Origin: Leidyana gryllorum EB-2025a
Taxonomy: Eukaryota > Protista > Apicomplexa
Assembly: GCA_048772705.1 (NCBI GenBank)
Contig: JBLWGC010000213.1
Span: forward strand, 248,001 to 312,000
DNA length: 64,000 nt
Reading direction: 5' to 3'
Positions 37,901 through 50,056 of this stretch are shown here, one piece after another (the first letter of the stretch is position 1; every line of letters starts with the position of its first letter). The notes under the pieces were generated by a model. It was given only the letters and a program-made list of their open reading frames with translations. It ran no database searches and had not been told where the DNA came from. Made by a program: the position numbers and the translations under genes.

Positions 37901-39364
37901 CAATGCCCCCTGTCCCACCACCCAGTCCTGCTGACGGTGGGGTGGTCGCACCCCGCAAAACCAGCCTCGATTCCTTGGATACTGCTCTGCGGAACGTGGA
38001 TTTCCGCCGTCTTGGAGTGGTCCACCATCCCCATAACTCTGTCCGCGTCGTCATTGTCTCTGCCCGCGGCCTCAAATTAGGGGACGAGACCCTTCACGCT
38101 GTAAGTTGCCTCCCACACTCCCACGACTTCGCTCTCTCAGCGATTGGGTGTGCGTGTGGCGTTGATGCGACCTGCCCACTACCCCCAGGAGAGTGTGATG
38201 ACTTCGATCCAACCGGTCCAAATCCAACAGTTCACCAAGAAGGGGAAGAAGAGCAAACGTTATGCCTTTATCCCGTGGGATGAGGAGTGTCGCTTCCCGT
38301 TCTCTAATGAACGACAATTACTGTGAGGCGCGGGCAGTCGTTTCCAATGCATTCATCCACAGGTTCCGCCTTCACGACAACCGGTCGTCGCATGAAGTCC
38401 CACAGCAAGTTGTTGAGATTGGGGTGGCCAGCCTGAATCTGCAAAGACTTCTGATGACAGGTCTGACGTGGTTCCGTCGGAAACTGATGGTGAGTGAGCA
38501 GTTCGCCTCCAACTCGGATGATAATATCCGTTACTTTCATCAGATCGAACACACATTCGACGGCCGGAGAGTCGGTTACCTCGAAGTCATCGTCCACTTC
38601 TCCTCAGACATACTCTCGTCGGTCATCTTTGGACCATCGAGCGACCCCAATATATTGCACACACAAGACGGGCCCGACGCCACCATACTTCGGGTGAGGC
38701 TCCGACCGCCGATATTGGTTCAACAACAAAGTTCTTCCACAGGCTCATCAAGAAATGGCTGACGAACGGCTTCGACTCGCCGAGGAAGCTGCTGAACGGC
38801 TGCCTCCGCCTTCCATATGTCACGTCACCATTGATCGTGCTGTAGGACTGCGCCCTCCGGGGGGATACAATCACGTGGTGAGTGTGGGTCGGTCAAAACT
38901 TCTCTCTCTGTATATGGCGGCCAACGATGCAGCTGCCAACGATTAAGATCAAGTTGGGCAACTTTGAGGCCGTCACGGCTCGAGGGTTCGGCCCCGATCA
39001 CAAATGGAAGCTACAGGAGGCACAGTTCATGTTTGATCTCGCGAGCAATTGGAATACCCAATTATTGAGGTGAGGCAGCGTGTGTGTGTGTGTGCGTGTG
39101 TGTCTGAGGTCAGCGCTATATTGGCAGTTTGGAGTGTCACACGGCGGGTCCTGTCGAAAAGCTGGTTGGTATCACCGTTTTACCATTGGGTGACATAGGA
39201 GGGATGCCGTCTCGGTTCTTCTGCGGCGTGGTACGGGTGAGTTTTGGGTGGATACCACTGCTGCTGAGTCTAATCTCTCTTTTCTCTTCTCTCTCTCTCA
39301 GCTGTTTGACAAGACTGGGGCAGAGACTGGTGGTTTGGCCTTGTCTGTCCAACTGACAGTGTGA
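34989..39364 (+). CDS. Pro/Gln-rich, coiled-coil, multi-C2-domain protein, multi-exon
   Basis: Three C2-like segments: IPWNDTFNFPYVNERYLSVTIRAKD..DYLIGAARIDL; VRVVIVSARGLK..WDEECRFPF..IGVASLNL; CHVTIDRAVGLR..LVGITVLPL. Preceded by a long low-complexity N-terminus and an E/R/K coiled coil. Confidence 0.72.
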
Positions 39365-39381
39365 TGGATCATTGCACCAAT

Positions 39382-41051
39382 TTAGTCCCTTTGCGATAAA
39401 TGAGATTGAAAGCGCATCTCCTGAGGAACGGGGGCGGCGGCCGATAACTCGGATGTGTCCACACTGCTTCAGGCTTACCACTGGAGTGAAAGCTCTCACA
39501 TTATCGCGGCGGAACAGCTGCCCATACTGCTCCGGAGCGCACGGCGTATCCAACAGTATTGGGGCATCGCCTTCCAATACTGCCTGCGCAAGAGAGCGCC
39601 AGGAAAAACCCAACGAACTACTGCTCCCTCCCCACGGCAAAACGTTCATTGTCCTGACGCACAACGCAGTCGGGATCAGTTCTTTCTCAAATTGGTCTTA
39701 CCATAGGTCGCTCCCACACACGCACACGTCCGCAACCAGCCGAGTTATTTTCTGACCGTTGCCGAGCTCAAGTCTTTGCCACAGCCCTTTTGCGTATTCT
39801 GCGAAGCCTTCTCTTAGATCTTTCGTCCCTCTCATCGTGCCTTCTGGATCTGTTGGACTGGCTGCCACCAATCGCCCCCACCATATGAATAGCCTCCACA
39901 CAGACGTTTGCCCCTCGTAAGGGAACACTGGACTCAGAACCAGATAGAATGGAAAATACCCTTCTGACCCCAAACGAGAACTGAATTCTCGCGGCGGCAA
40001 TAATCCATCAGAGCTGCCCTGGCCGGAGCTGCTGTCATCCTCCGCCTCGCCTTCAGCGTCAGCATCGCTCACCCCACTCTCTCCTTTGTGCTTCTTCATC
40101 AAAGCCCTGGTTAACTGTTCTAACTCGGCGTTGCGAGCCCCATCCTGAAAAAGTCCTCCCCCCTCCGACATTGAATCAGATGACGACGAAGAAGAAGACG
40201 AGGCGCCAGTTCTGCTGGAGTTCGGGGCTAAGCGTTGCCAGCCCGTCTCTGGTTCGAGACGGTCAGAGCCGTCCAGATCATAGCAGTCCAATTTATTCCC
40301 GAGCCCACTCTCGAGTCCAATCACCCATTCGTCACCCCCGCAGAACGGATCGTCGAGATATTCCCAAAGATCCTCGTGACATTTCAATTTGAGCAAAACA
40401 TCTCTGTGAAGGAACAATTACGTCATCTGGTCCAGCAGCCGGCGTCGCGAGTCAAACTTACGTAAGCGAATGGCACACATCGGAGGCATTGGGCACCACG
40501 GCGTGCGTTTGTATATAATTTAGTGCCACCAGGCATCCGTCAGACTTGAAGTGGCCGAGACCTTCTTGAATTAGCCGATCCACCTCTGGGCACCCGCTGC
40601 CCTGAGCTGAGTCAAACACCATACTCTCTTTCAATAGGAACCCTTTGATGAAGTCCGGGGGTAGCGGCCCGATGAATCTGCGAGACCCAAACCGGTCTAG
40701 AGCGACTCGCGCCCATTTATGAGGCAACAGAGGTACGGACTCTATCAACGAATCTGAGAGAGGGAGATGGGTACTGGACGGTATCGGAGAGTACCTACGG
40801 TGCGCTCCTTGAGGGTCGAGAGTGGCCAGAATAGCCAGGAGGATCTCAGAGTCCGCTTCTACGTGGAATGAGGTTAGCGCCGAGTCAGTTTGTTCGTCTG
40901 AAATCGCACGTTTTATGGCCAACTCGCCGTCGGCATCCAGAATTTGGTGAATCTCAGAACAATCTCCGCCATTAGAGACCACCAGCAGCGGGGGAGAACT
41001 CGGGAGCAATCTCAATAATTCCTCCCTCCACCATCCTTTGACCTGTACCAT
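39382..41051 (-). CDS. Hypothetical protein, multi-exon
   Basis: Frames 40458..41057, 39698..40417 and part of 39137..39664 join through GT-AG introns; no family recognised; start uncertain. Confidence 0.55.
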
Positions 41052-41219
41052 CCACAAATTTTGGCCTGATGCCCGGTCGAGAAAGGGATACAGGTCCAGC
41101 GAGGGGAGCAGCAGACGAATATGGCTCTGAAGAGTAGTGACGGCGCGATATCGGTGCGCAGTTCGTCTTGATCGTCAGAAGGCTGAGGGTTCGGAAGCAC
41201 AGAGCGAAATTTTTCGCTG

Positions 41220-42930
41220 ATGACCGACTTGGATATGGTGGACAGCTCTGAGGTTTCCTCACACGAAATGAGTGACTTTGAGGACGATGAGACGCTTTTG
41301 GCAAAGGCGTTGAGCCGTAAGGACGAAGGCAATTCTAAGGTGAGCTTTTGGACTATGGAGTCCCGAGACGTTTTTGACGGCAGCTGAAAAGTGGAGACTT
41401 GGCTGGTGCTCGGAAAGCGTATGAGGAAGGAGTGAAGCAGTTGGACAAGCGCAGTTCAAAGAACGATGAGGGACACAAAAGTGTCAGCAGCTCGCTGAAT
41501 TTGAACCTCGCACTGGCCTGCATCAAGCTCGAAGCCTACTTTGAGGCCACACAGGCGGCCAGCAAGGTGTTGGAGAACGAGAAAGAGAATCAGAAGGCCC
41601 TCTTCCGTCGAGGTGTCAGTCATGGGCACTTGGGAAACTTCGAAGAGGCCAAACAAGACCTCTTGAAACTTGTCAATTTGGATCCGAAGAACTTGGAAGC
41701 TCGTCGGGAATTGCAGAACATCCGGACCAAGTCTCAAGAAGCCGCCTCCAAACAGAAGGCAGCTTTCTCCGGACTTTTTGCGCGGTCCGGGGGTAGCCTG
41801 TATAAGGACAAGGAAGAGGAGGCAAAGAGGTGGAAAGAGGCAGAAGAAGCTCGCCGTCTCGCATTGAGAAAGGAATATGATGATGAAATGAAAGATCTCG
41901 GTAAGTCTTCCGCCACCCAGCTCTATCCTCATCTTCCTCTTCCTCCGCTCACCCCACAGACGAGTCGAAACGGATATCGTTTGAAGAGTGGGAGAAGAAA
42001 AAGACAGAGACATCGGCCGCACCCCCCAAAGCAGCAGCTGAACCCAAGACGCCCGCCACCGAAACGTCCGCCGGGGCAAAGGACACTACCACTCAATCTT
42101 CTTCAACCTCGACCAAGAAAGCCCCCAAGGAGGCGGAGGCCGAGTTTGATGACGAAGATCTCAAAATCTTGGAGGAGACAAAGAAAAAGGGGTACTGTTA
42201 CTTCCGACGCGAATTGACTGAGGAGGAAAAGCGGCTGAGGGAAACCGTTCACGTGCCCCAGAAGCTGGAAGAGTCTCCGGCACCCAGTCCGCAAGTGATC
42301 AGTCCCGTCAAGAGAGGTGTCTCCGAATGGAATGCTGCTGGAGTGACCTATGAGGAGAAGGATACCACCAAGTGGTGCACAACAATGTTACAGTCGATTC
42401 TCAAGAACGCCAAATGGGAATCCCAGCAGAAAGGCCAAGATGTAATGGAGATGCTCAAGGAACCAGAAGCCTTCGAAAAGCTGCTCACTGGTCTCAAGGG
42501 TGCTGCCGCTGATAAGAATGCTTCACCTGAAGCTATGGACGAACTATTGGCCACACTGCATCCGGTCGAGGCTTCAATCACCCGCGAGCCCGAGCTGAAG
42601 GGAGACGCACAGGTTATGGTCGTGCGTGGTTCCAAGCGGTGGTACTATGAGTTTAGTTTGACTTGCCATTGGGAAGTTAGAGTGTCGCCTGCACCCACAA
42701 TGGATGAGAAGGACGCTGCTGACTCAGCCCCTCGTGTATACACCGGCCGGCTGGTTGTCGAGGAACTCAGCAGCGAGAATGGAGGAAGTCTGGAAAAGGG
42801 AAAGTGGATCCGGGACAGAAAGGCGGACGAATCGGACGAGCCCGTTGTCGAAATGGGTCTCAGAGCATTGAAAAAGGAGTTGGAACGTTGTGTATCTGAA
42901 TTTCAGAAATTGTATCAAGACCGACAGTGA
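41220..42930 (+). CDS. Hsp90 co-chaperone: TPR repeats fused to an Aha1 N-terminal domain, 2 introns
   Basis: Carboxylate-clamp TPR (KDEGN.., LNLALACIKL, NQKALFRRG, LDPKN) and Aha1_N (SEWNAAGVTYEEKDTTKW, KGDAQVMVVRGSKRWYYEFSL..W). Confidence 0.82.
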
Positions 42931-42952
42931 TATAGTTTTTGAGTGTTTCAGT

Positions 42953-44023
42953 ATGACTACCAGACCTACCCTTCAATTTCTCATAGACCTCGCGCTTGAC
43001 GCTGGAAAACGAATTGAAGAAGCCGGCAAACAGGTCAAGAATGTAACACAAAAAGCAAGCTGTAGTGACCTTGTCACAGAGACTGATGTTGCTACCGAAC
43101 GCTTCTGCGTTCAACGAATTCGAGCTGCCTTCCCTGATCATCACTTCCATGGCGAAGAGGAAGAGACAGAACCACTCACGGATCTTCCCACCTGGGTTAT
43201 GGACCCTATTGACGGAACCGCTAACTTCGTTCATACTCATCCGGACCATTGCATTTCTATCGCCTATTTTGAGAAACAGAAACCCATCATGGGTGCCATC
43301 TATATCCCCAATCGGGTGAGTGAGGATGCGACCGCAACATGATCCCGGTCCGTTGCCCACACCCAAATCTACCCTTCTCGCAGAAAGAGCTATACACAGC
43401 AGAACTTGGCAAGGGAGCATATCTTAACGCCCACACAGACACACCAATTAAACTACATGTTGCCCCTAAACGCCCGCTGGCCGAAGCTATGGTCGCAACC
43501 GGATTTATGGTTGGCTATCTTCACAAGCAGATGGATACTGACAAGTTGAAAGAAGACCAGCGGAAATTCAGAGGTAAGAGGGACATTGTATTGACCAACC
43601 CGTGCAAATGTCTGGCAGATGTGATTTTGCATAACGCGGCAGCCCTCCTCGACAATGCCAATGACATCAGACGCACTGGCAGTTGCGCTGTTGACTGTTG
43701 TGCAGTCGGTAAGTGTCAATAGCGTAGTCAGCCACTTTAATTCGAATCTGGCTCCCATCAGCTGCTGGAAGGGTCGATGCTTACGCAGAGATTGGTGTGC
43801 ACACGTACGACTATGGCGCGGGTGTGCTGATCGTAACTGAAGCCGGTGGAGCAGCCCGTGATTACAGTGGCGAACCGGTAAGCCTGAGGCGACTTTCGAG
43901 GGGGAACATCACTTTTAGTTCGATATCCACTCGCGCCACATCATCACTGCTTCAACTGACGAGCTGGCCCTCGAGATTGCTAAGATACTTAAAAAAGCAC
44001 CCATCAGTGATGATGAGTTTTAA
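42953..44023 (+). CDS. Inositol monophosphatase, 4 introns
   Basis: DLVTETD, FPDHHFHGEE, TWVMDPIDGTANFVH, ELYTAELGKGAYLN, IRRTGSCAVD, YDYGAGVLIVTEAGG. Confidence 0.93.
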
Positions 44024-44163
44024 CGTGAGATAGGAGCATATCCCTGACAGCCCGCGAGCCGGGCTAGGTGTGGGTATACGTTTTGTTGCGACATGCGGAT
44101 CATTTGAGGATGTGTTTCAAAAAGAAACACACTTGAGGAGCGCCCATCTTTTTTCCAACTGTG

Positions 44164-46335
44164 ATGAGCATAGAAGACGTCATGGCTCCTGTTAAGAGAA
44201 AGGCCTCGAACGAATTGGATGCAAGTTCTACTAAACTGACTAAAGTAGCCGATCTGCCCACTGAATACCGTGGCATCCCCAATGACGATATTGCCACTAA
44301 ATGTGTGAACACTATCCGTGTCACTGCCCCCTGTTTGCCTTTGGCAGCCAACTCTGGACATCCGGGTGCCCCTATGGGTTGCGCTGTGATGGCCCACGCT
44401 CTCTGGGGGGAGTTGATGAAATTTTCTCCGTCTAGCCCGCTGTGGTGGAACCGCGACCGTTTTGTGTTGTCAAATGGGCACGGATGTGCTTTGCAATACC
44501 TCATGCTCTACTTGACTGGCTACGACATGACACTTGATGACCTGAAGAAGTTCAGAAGTTGGGAGTCAAAGACCCCGGGTCATCCCGAAGTCCACATGAC
44601 CAAAGGAATCGAAGTGACCACCGGGCCTCTTGGACAGGGTATTGCTTCGGCAGTTGGTCTTGCGATTGGACAAGAGTCTTTGGCCGCTCATTTCAACCGA
44701 CCGGGTTATGAACTTTTTGATAACTACACATACTGCATCCTTGGAGATGGGTGTATGCAGGAGGGTGTGGCGAGCGAGGCTTGCAGTCTGGCGGGTCATC
44801 TTGGCCTGGGCAAGCTCATCTGCCTCTACGACGACAACAAAATCACCATCGACGGTGATGTCAAGATTAGCTTCACAGAGGACGTGAAGGGCCGCTTTGA
44901 AGCTTACGGATGGCACGTGCAATGGGTCGCGAACGGCAATGAGGATCTGACGGGTGTACTGGCAGCCGTGCGTAAGGCTCAGGAAGTCACCAACAAGCCC
45001 AGTCTGATCGGTGTCCGGACTACTATTGCTTACGGCAGCAACATCCAGGGTACTGCCAAGTCCCACGGCTCGCCTCTCAAGGAGGACGACATTAAGCAGT
45101 TGCGGGCCAAGTGCGGGTTCTCCGATGATATTTGGGATGTGCCCAAGGAGGCTTTGGAGTACTACAGAAGTGTCGGTGTTGAGGGCAACAAGAAGTGCGA
45201 GGCTTGGAACGCTGTGTTCGCCGAGTACAAAAAGCAGTTCCCCACTGAAGCGGCCGAACTCGAACGTCGGTTCAACGGAGATCTCCCAGAGAAGTGGATG
45301 GAGGCACTCCCCAAGTTCACTCCCGAGAGCAAAGCCGAGGCCACTCGTTCGCTATCGGAGAAGGTCTTGAACGCCCTCGCCGCGGTCTGCCCGGAGTTCA
45401 TTGGTGGAAGCGCTGACTTGACAGAGTCGAACAAGACGGACATTAAGAGTGAAACTGACTTCCAGTCAGACAACCAGATCGGTCGGTACCTGAGATTCGG
45501 CGTCCGCGAACACGGTATGGTCGCTATCTGCAACGGTCTGTTCGCCTACGGTGGCTTCCGTCCCTACTGCGCGACCTTCATGAACTTCTTCACGTATGCT
45601 TGGGGTGCGTGCCGTCTGTCTGCCCTTTCGAACTTCGGTATCGGCATGATCGCGACGCACGACTCAATTGACTTGGGTGAGGACGGACCCACCCATCAGC
45701 CCATTGAGACTGCTGCGCTGATGCGGGCCACTCCCAACATGCTGTTTGTGCGTCCTTGCGACGGCAATGAGACCAGTGGTGCGTACGCCACCTGGTTGAT
45801 CAACCGCACTCGCCCAACTGTGATGGCTTTGTCGCGATCAAACCTTCCTCATCTGGCTGGAACTTCGGTCGAGGGCACTCTGAAGGGTGCTTATGTGCTC
45901 GAAGACTTCGCTGAGGGAGATGGCATGAAAGTGTGCTTGGCGGGCAGCGGCTCCGAAACCCAACACGCTCTTGGTGCGGCCAAGATTCTGAGGGAGAAGG
46001 GTTACAATGTACGCGTGGTCTCAATGCCATGCTGGGAGCTCTTCGACGATCAAGGCGAGGAGGTAAGCGCGGGATGACAGAGTTGGTTCTTCTTATGAAA
46101 GTATCATGTGCAGTATAAACGATCAGTGATACCTCATAAGAGGGATGCTGTTTGTGCCTACATTGAGGCTTATTCAACTTTCGGATTCGCGAGGTACTTC
46201 GAGGAGGAAGCGTCCGTTGGAATGAGAAGATTCGGTTCATCAGCTCCTGCCAAAGAGTTGATGAAACAGTTCGGCTTCACCGCGGAGAACTTCGCCAAGA
46301 CCGTGGAGCAGTGGATCAAGGAGAACCGGTCCTAA
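44164..46335 (+). CDS. TKT: Transketolase, intron 46063-46113
   Basis: ANSGHPGAPMG, NRDRFVLSNGHG, TPGHPE, TTGPLGQG, GDGCMQEG, GGSADL, FGVREHGM, THDSIDLGEDGPTHQP. Confidence 0.98.
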
Positions 46336-46537
46336 ACTCTAGCCCCAACATCATTATTGTGTGGATCGTCCTGCTCGGCGTGCTGTTGAATTGGGTGGTG
46401 TATGACGCTGAGAACGCATACGAGCAGTGCGAGCGACACTATAATCGCACAATAAACCCACATGATAGTGGTTTGCCTCATGGTGGTTTACTGCCTAGTT
46501 TTTCCAATAGTGTTTGTTCATTGTTCCGTCCGGTAAT

Positions 46538-48300
46538 CTATGCACGTGCACACATTCCAGGGGGAGACTGGGACACCACACAACCCGCTATTTGCTCAGC
46601 AGTGTTGCCCGACATACACCAGGCCCTCAAAGACCCACCAGGAGCATACATAGCACAACGACTCTTGCACTCAGAATTCCAATGGGCCGCTGTTCCCTTA
46701 ACCATTGACTCACAAGTGCCACCGCTTCCAGGTGGCACAGTAGTTGGAGCGGTTGTGGGAGCTGCTGTTGTGGGAGCTGCTGTTGTGGGAGCTGCGGTTG
46801 TGGGAGCTGCGGTTGTGGGGGCTGCGGTCGTGGCCCTGGTGGTCGAAGTGCTGCTAACTGTGGGAGAGGTGGTGGTCTGGGTACTGGAACCGCCGGTGCC
46901 CGGCTCCCAACACCAGTCGTGGAGGTGTGCAACACAGGAGCTCCAAGTGGTGAAGGCTTCACAAAGGCAGCGGCCGTGAGTCATGTACCAGTGGCACTGC
47001 TGCTGGCAGGCGCGAGCGCTGGGAAGATCTTGCGAGGTGATAGAAAGCATGCATTCCTCTTCAGACTGGGTGATGTGGTCACCATGTGAACCTCCGGGCG
47101 CGGCGGTAGTGGGGGCAGCGGTGGTGGGAGCGACAGTGGTGGGGGCACGGGTGGTGGTGGCCACAGTGGTAGGGGCCGTGGTAGAGGGAGCGACAGTGCT
47201 GATAGCGCCACCCGCGCAAGGTTGCATGAGCTTGTTGGCTTCAACAAAGAATTTCTCCTTGTTAGCATAGTCGTACTTCCAGAACATAAGTCCTCCGCGA
47301 TATCCGATTTCATTCCAAGCCTTGCAAGCCCACTCACGAACGACTCCCAAGTCCATCCACTGGCTGGCCTGTTCGACATGATTGACGGCGAAAGGTTTAG
47401 ACCAGACGAAACGGTGTTTCGGCAGGCCAGTATTAGCCCAAACTTGCGATACAGCGATCTCTGGGAACCAATCGTGCGACTTGATGAATGACTCCTGGTA
47501 GTTAGCGCCATTTCCAGCACCTTGATTGTAGTACTGAGTAAGGAAAATAAGATCGTGATTATCTTGCGCAAGCTTGTTGAAATCCCAACTGCCACCTGCC
47601 CAAAGACGACTCCACAGAGGAGATTCCGGGGCTGTTGTGAGAAAATCAATATAAGTCTTGCACCGTTTGGTGGAGGACATCATCCAGTTGTAGACAGCGC
47701 TAGTTGCTGCATAGTTCTGGTGAATGGATTCCATATTAAAGTCGACCGCAGTGAGACCCTGAGCCTTTGCCCATCCGCAGACGTCGTCAGCGTAAGCTGC
47801 GGAGCACCAAATTCAACACAGAAGGCTCAAAACACACCACTCACCTTCCGGGTTCTGAGTCAGCCAGGTACTACCAGCTGTGGCTCCTCCGGTGGAGACT
47901 CCGAGGTATCCCCCATTGCGCGATGCGGCGTAGATGGCAGCATCTTTCTGTGCTTGGGTCATATCAGTCCAACGTTTGACCGAATCAGCGACCTTCCCTG
48001 GCCATGCGGGGGCTCCGATAAGATAGAAAGCCATATGCACGACACTGATGCCGGCATCAAACATACGCACTAGATCTTCTGATTGCTGTGCGGGGGTGTA
48101 CGAGACACCTGCAGACTCCGAATGGTATACGTAGAGAGGCAACTTGTTTCCAAACAAGGGGCTGGTGGAATAACCGAATCATCAATGCGTCACAAAGTCA
48201 GTATAACTCACTGAACGTCACTGGACGTCGCCACATGATTGGTACGCTTCATGTTCACAGCCGAAGCTGTTCCAACGAGTGCGGCAACTGAGAGCTTCAT
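46538..48300 (-). CDS. GH18 chitinase-like protein A: signal peptide, DxNxE catalytic domain, TTAAP linkers, two Cys-rich modules
   Basis: MKLSVAALVGTASA signal; GVSTGGAT (SxGG), AVDFNME, LTTAPESP, TQYYNQG, YRGGLMFWKY; two introns at positions shared with the paralogs. Confidence 0.82.
46745..46832 (-). repeat. 15-bp tandem repeat encoding (TTAAP)n mucin-like linker; a second degenerate block lies at ~47095-47200
   Basis: gttgtgggagctgc[t/g] units directly visible. Confidence 0.9.
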
Positions 48301-48328
48301 GACAACTTCAAATCAGCCGACGAGGGGC

Positions 48329-48362
48329 GCACGTCCTCGAAGTAGAACGAATGTCTCATTTA
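48329..48362 (-). promoter_or_regulatory. Candidate promoter motifs upstream of chitinase A (TAAATGAGAC and GACGTGC)
   Basis: GACGTGC recurs at a similar distance upstream of paralogs B and C; TAAATGAGAC recurs upstream of B. Confidence 0.45.
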
Positions 48363-48555
48363 TACCACAAACATGTGTTCGGAATGCCGAACGTGCCGAA
48401 TTCGGGGGAAGCTGATGCGTACATCACTTTCCACAAAGACTCTGGGGGCCGATGTCCAGCACATCTCTCGATCGACCACCCGTGATCTAATTTTCTAGCA
48501 TAATGTCGGTTTACTATGAATTGCGGATAATACTTTTGTGTGGACGATAATGGTT

Positions 48556-49867
48556 CTACACCAACGCCGCCAAAGCAGCTCCAAGAACAAAACATTGAGC
48601 CGCAAACTGTGCTGGCAACCCGCTGGTGCTCTGATCGCCAGTTGCGGTTACGTCGCCAGTTGTGACTCCGTCGCCGCCTCCGACTCCAGCTGTGTGTGAA
48701 ACGCAGTATCCAATGAGCTTCGAATATTAAAAAGATACTTACCAGTGGAGGTGGGTGCAACGGTGATAATACTGCCTCCTGAGCACGGCTGGAGCAGACT
48801 GGTGGCTCGGGTGAAGAATGCCTCCTTGTTAGCATAGTCGTACTTCCAGAACATAAGTCCTCCGCGATAGCCAATTTCGTTCCATGCCTTGCAAGCCCAT
48901 TCGCGTACGTCATCCAAGTTCATCCACTGGTCGGCAGACTCCACATGATTGACAGCAAAAGGCTTAGACCACACGAAACGGTGTTTGGGCAAACCGGTGT
49001 TAGCCCAGATTTGTGAAACAGAAACTTGCGGGAACCAATCGTGGGACTGAATGAACGCTTCCTGATAATTCGCGCCGTTCCATCCACCCTGGTTGTAGTA
49101 TTGAGTCAAGAAAACCAGATCGGCGTTGTTCTGGGCGATCTTGATGAAATCGTTTTCTCCCCCAGCCCACACACGACTCCAAAGCGGGGCTTCCGGAGCG
49201 GTGGTCAAAAAGTTGATATAAGTCTTGCATTGTTTGGTGACAGCCATCATCCAGTCATATACTGCAGATGTTTTCGCGTAGCCCTGATGGATAGATTCCA
49301 TGTTAAAGTCCACTGCGGTCAATCCCTGAGCCTTGGCCCATCCACAAACGTCATTGGCGTATGCTGTCATGGGACATTAAGAGTTGCCAATCGTGCAATC
49401 TACTTACACTCTGGATTCTGCGCCAGCCAGCTGTCTCCGGCCGTGGCACCACCCGTAGACACCCCCAAGTAGCCACCATTGCGAGCAGCGGCTGAAATAG
49501 CGGCGTCCTTCTCAGCCTGAGTCATATCTGCCCAGCGCTTGACTGAATCCGCCACCTTGTCGGGCCATGCGGGAACGCCGATCAGGTAGAAGGCGAGATG
49601 AACCACACTGATGCCCGAGTCGAACATGCGAACCAGATCCTCAGATTGTTGGGCAGGGCTGTATGGGCTGCCAGAAGGGTCGAGGCTGCCGGATGGCTCG
49701 GAGTGATAAATATAAAGCGGCAGTTTGTTGCCGAACAGCGGACTGGGGAGACGACACTCGATGAGGCCTTTAGATACATTGTCGACTCACTGCTGGTCTT
49801 CGGACCGCACGACACCGGCGTCATCTGCCAAAGCGAGGGTGGTGAGAGCGGCGAACGAAAGCTTCAT
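48556..49867 (-). CDS. GH18 chitinase-like protein B with predicted GPI-anchor signal, 3 introns
   Basis: MKLSFAALTTLALA signal; AVDFNME; last exon after the GTAAGT..ACAG intron reads AGVGGGDGVTTGDVTATGDQSTSGLPAQFAAQCFVLGAALAALV-stop. Confidence 0.8.
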
Positions 49868-49899
49868 CTTTTGATCTACAATTCTATGCCTGCAGAAGT

Positions 49900-49932
49900 G
49901 CACGTCGTTATGCAAATCGAGCGTCTCATTTA
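49900..49932 (-). promoter_or_regulatory. Candidate promoter motifs upstream of chitinase B (TAAATGAGAC and GACGTGC)
   Basis: Same two words, in the same order, as upstream of A. Confidence 0.45.
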
Positions 49933-50056
49933 ATCAGCGGTGAACACGCGTGTGGATGATATTAACATTCGCAGGACACTGACGGATGGTTTTTTGCCAC
50001 TTTCTGATGATCACACTGTGTATGACAAGCATAATCGTGCATACATCTCAAGTTAT

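Noticed and set aside
39382-41051. PIN/XPG-like nuclease call from HVEADSEI
   Set aside because: A single short motif with no other conserved acidic positions recognisable.
44024-44163. TPP riboswitch upstream of transketolase (TGAGA and CCTGA words present)
   Set aside because: The P5 loop and 3' GCG-AGGGA consensus are missing; the spacing does not fit.
46311-47270. Plus-strand ORFs with (VVGAA)n hydrophobic repeats, and the repeats as a CRISPR-like array
   Set aside because: Antisense reading of the TTAAP linkers; the repeats are contiguous and have no spacers.
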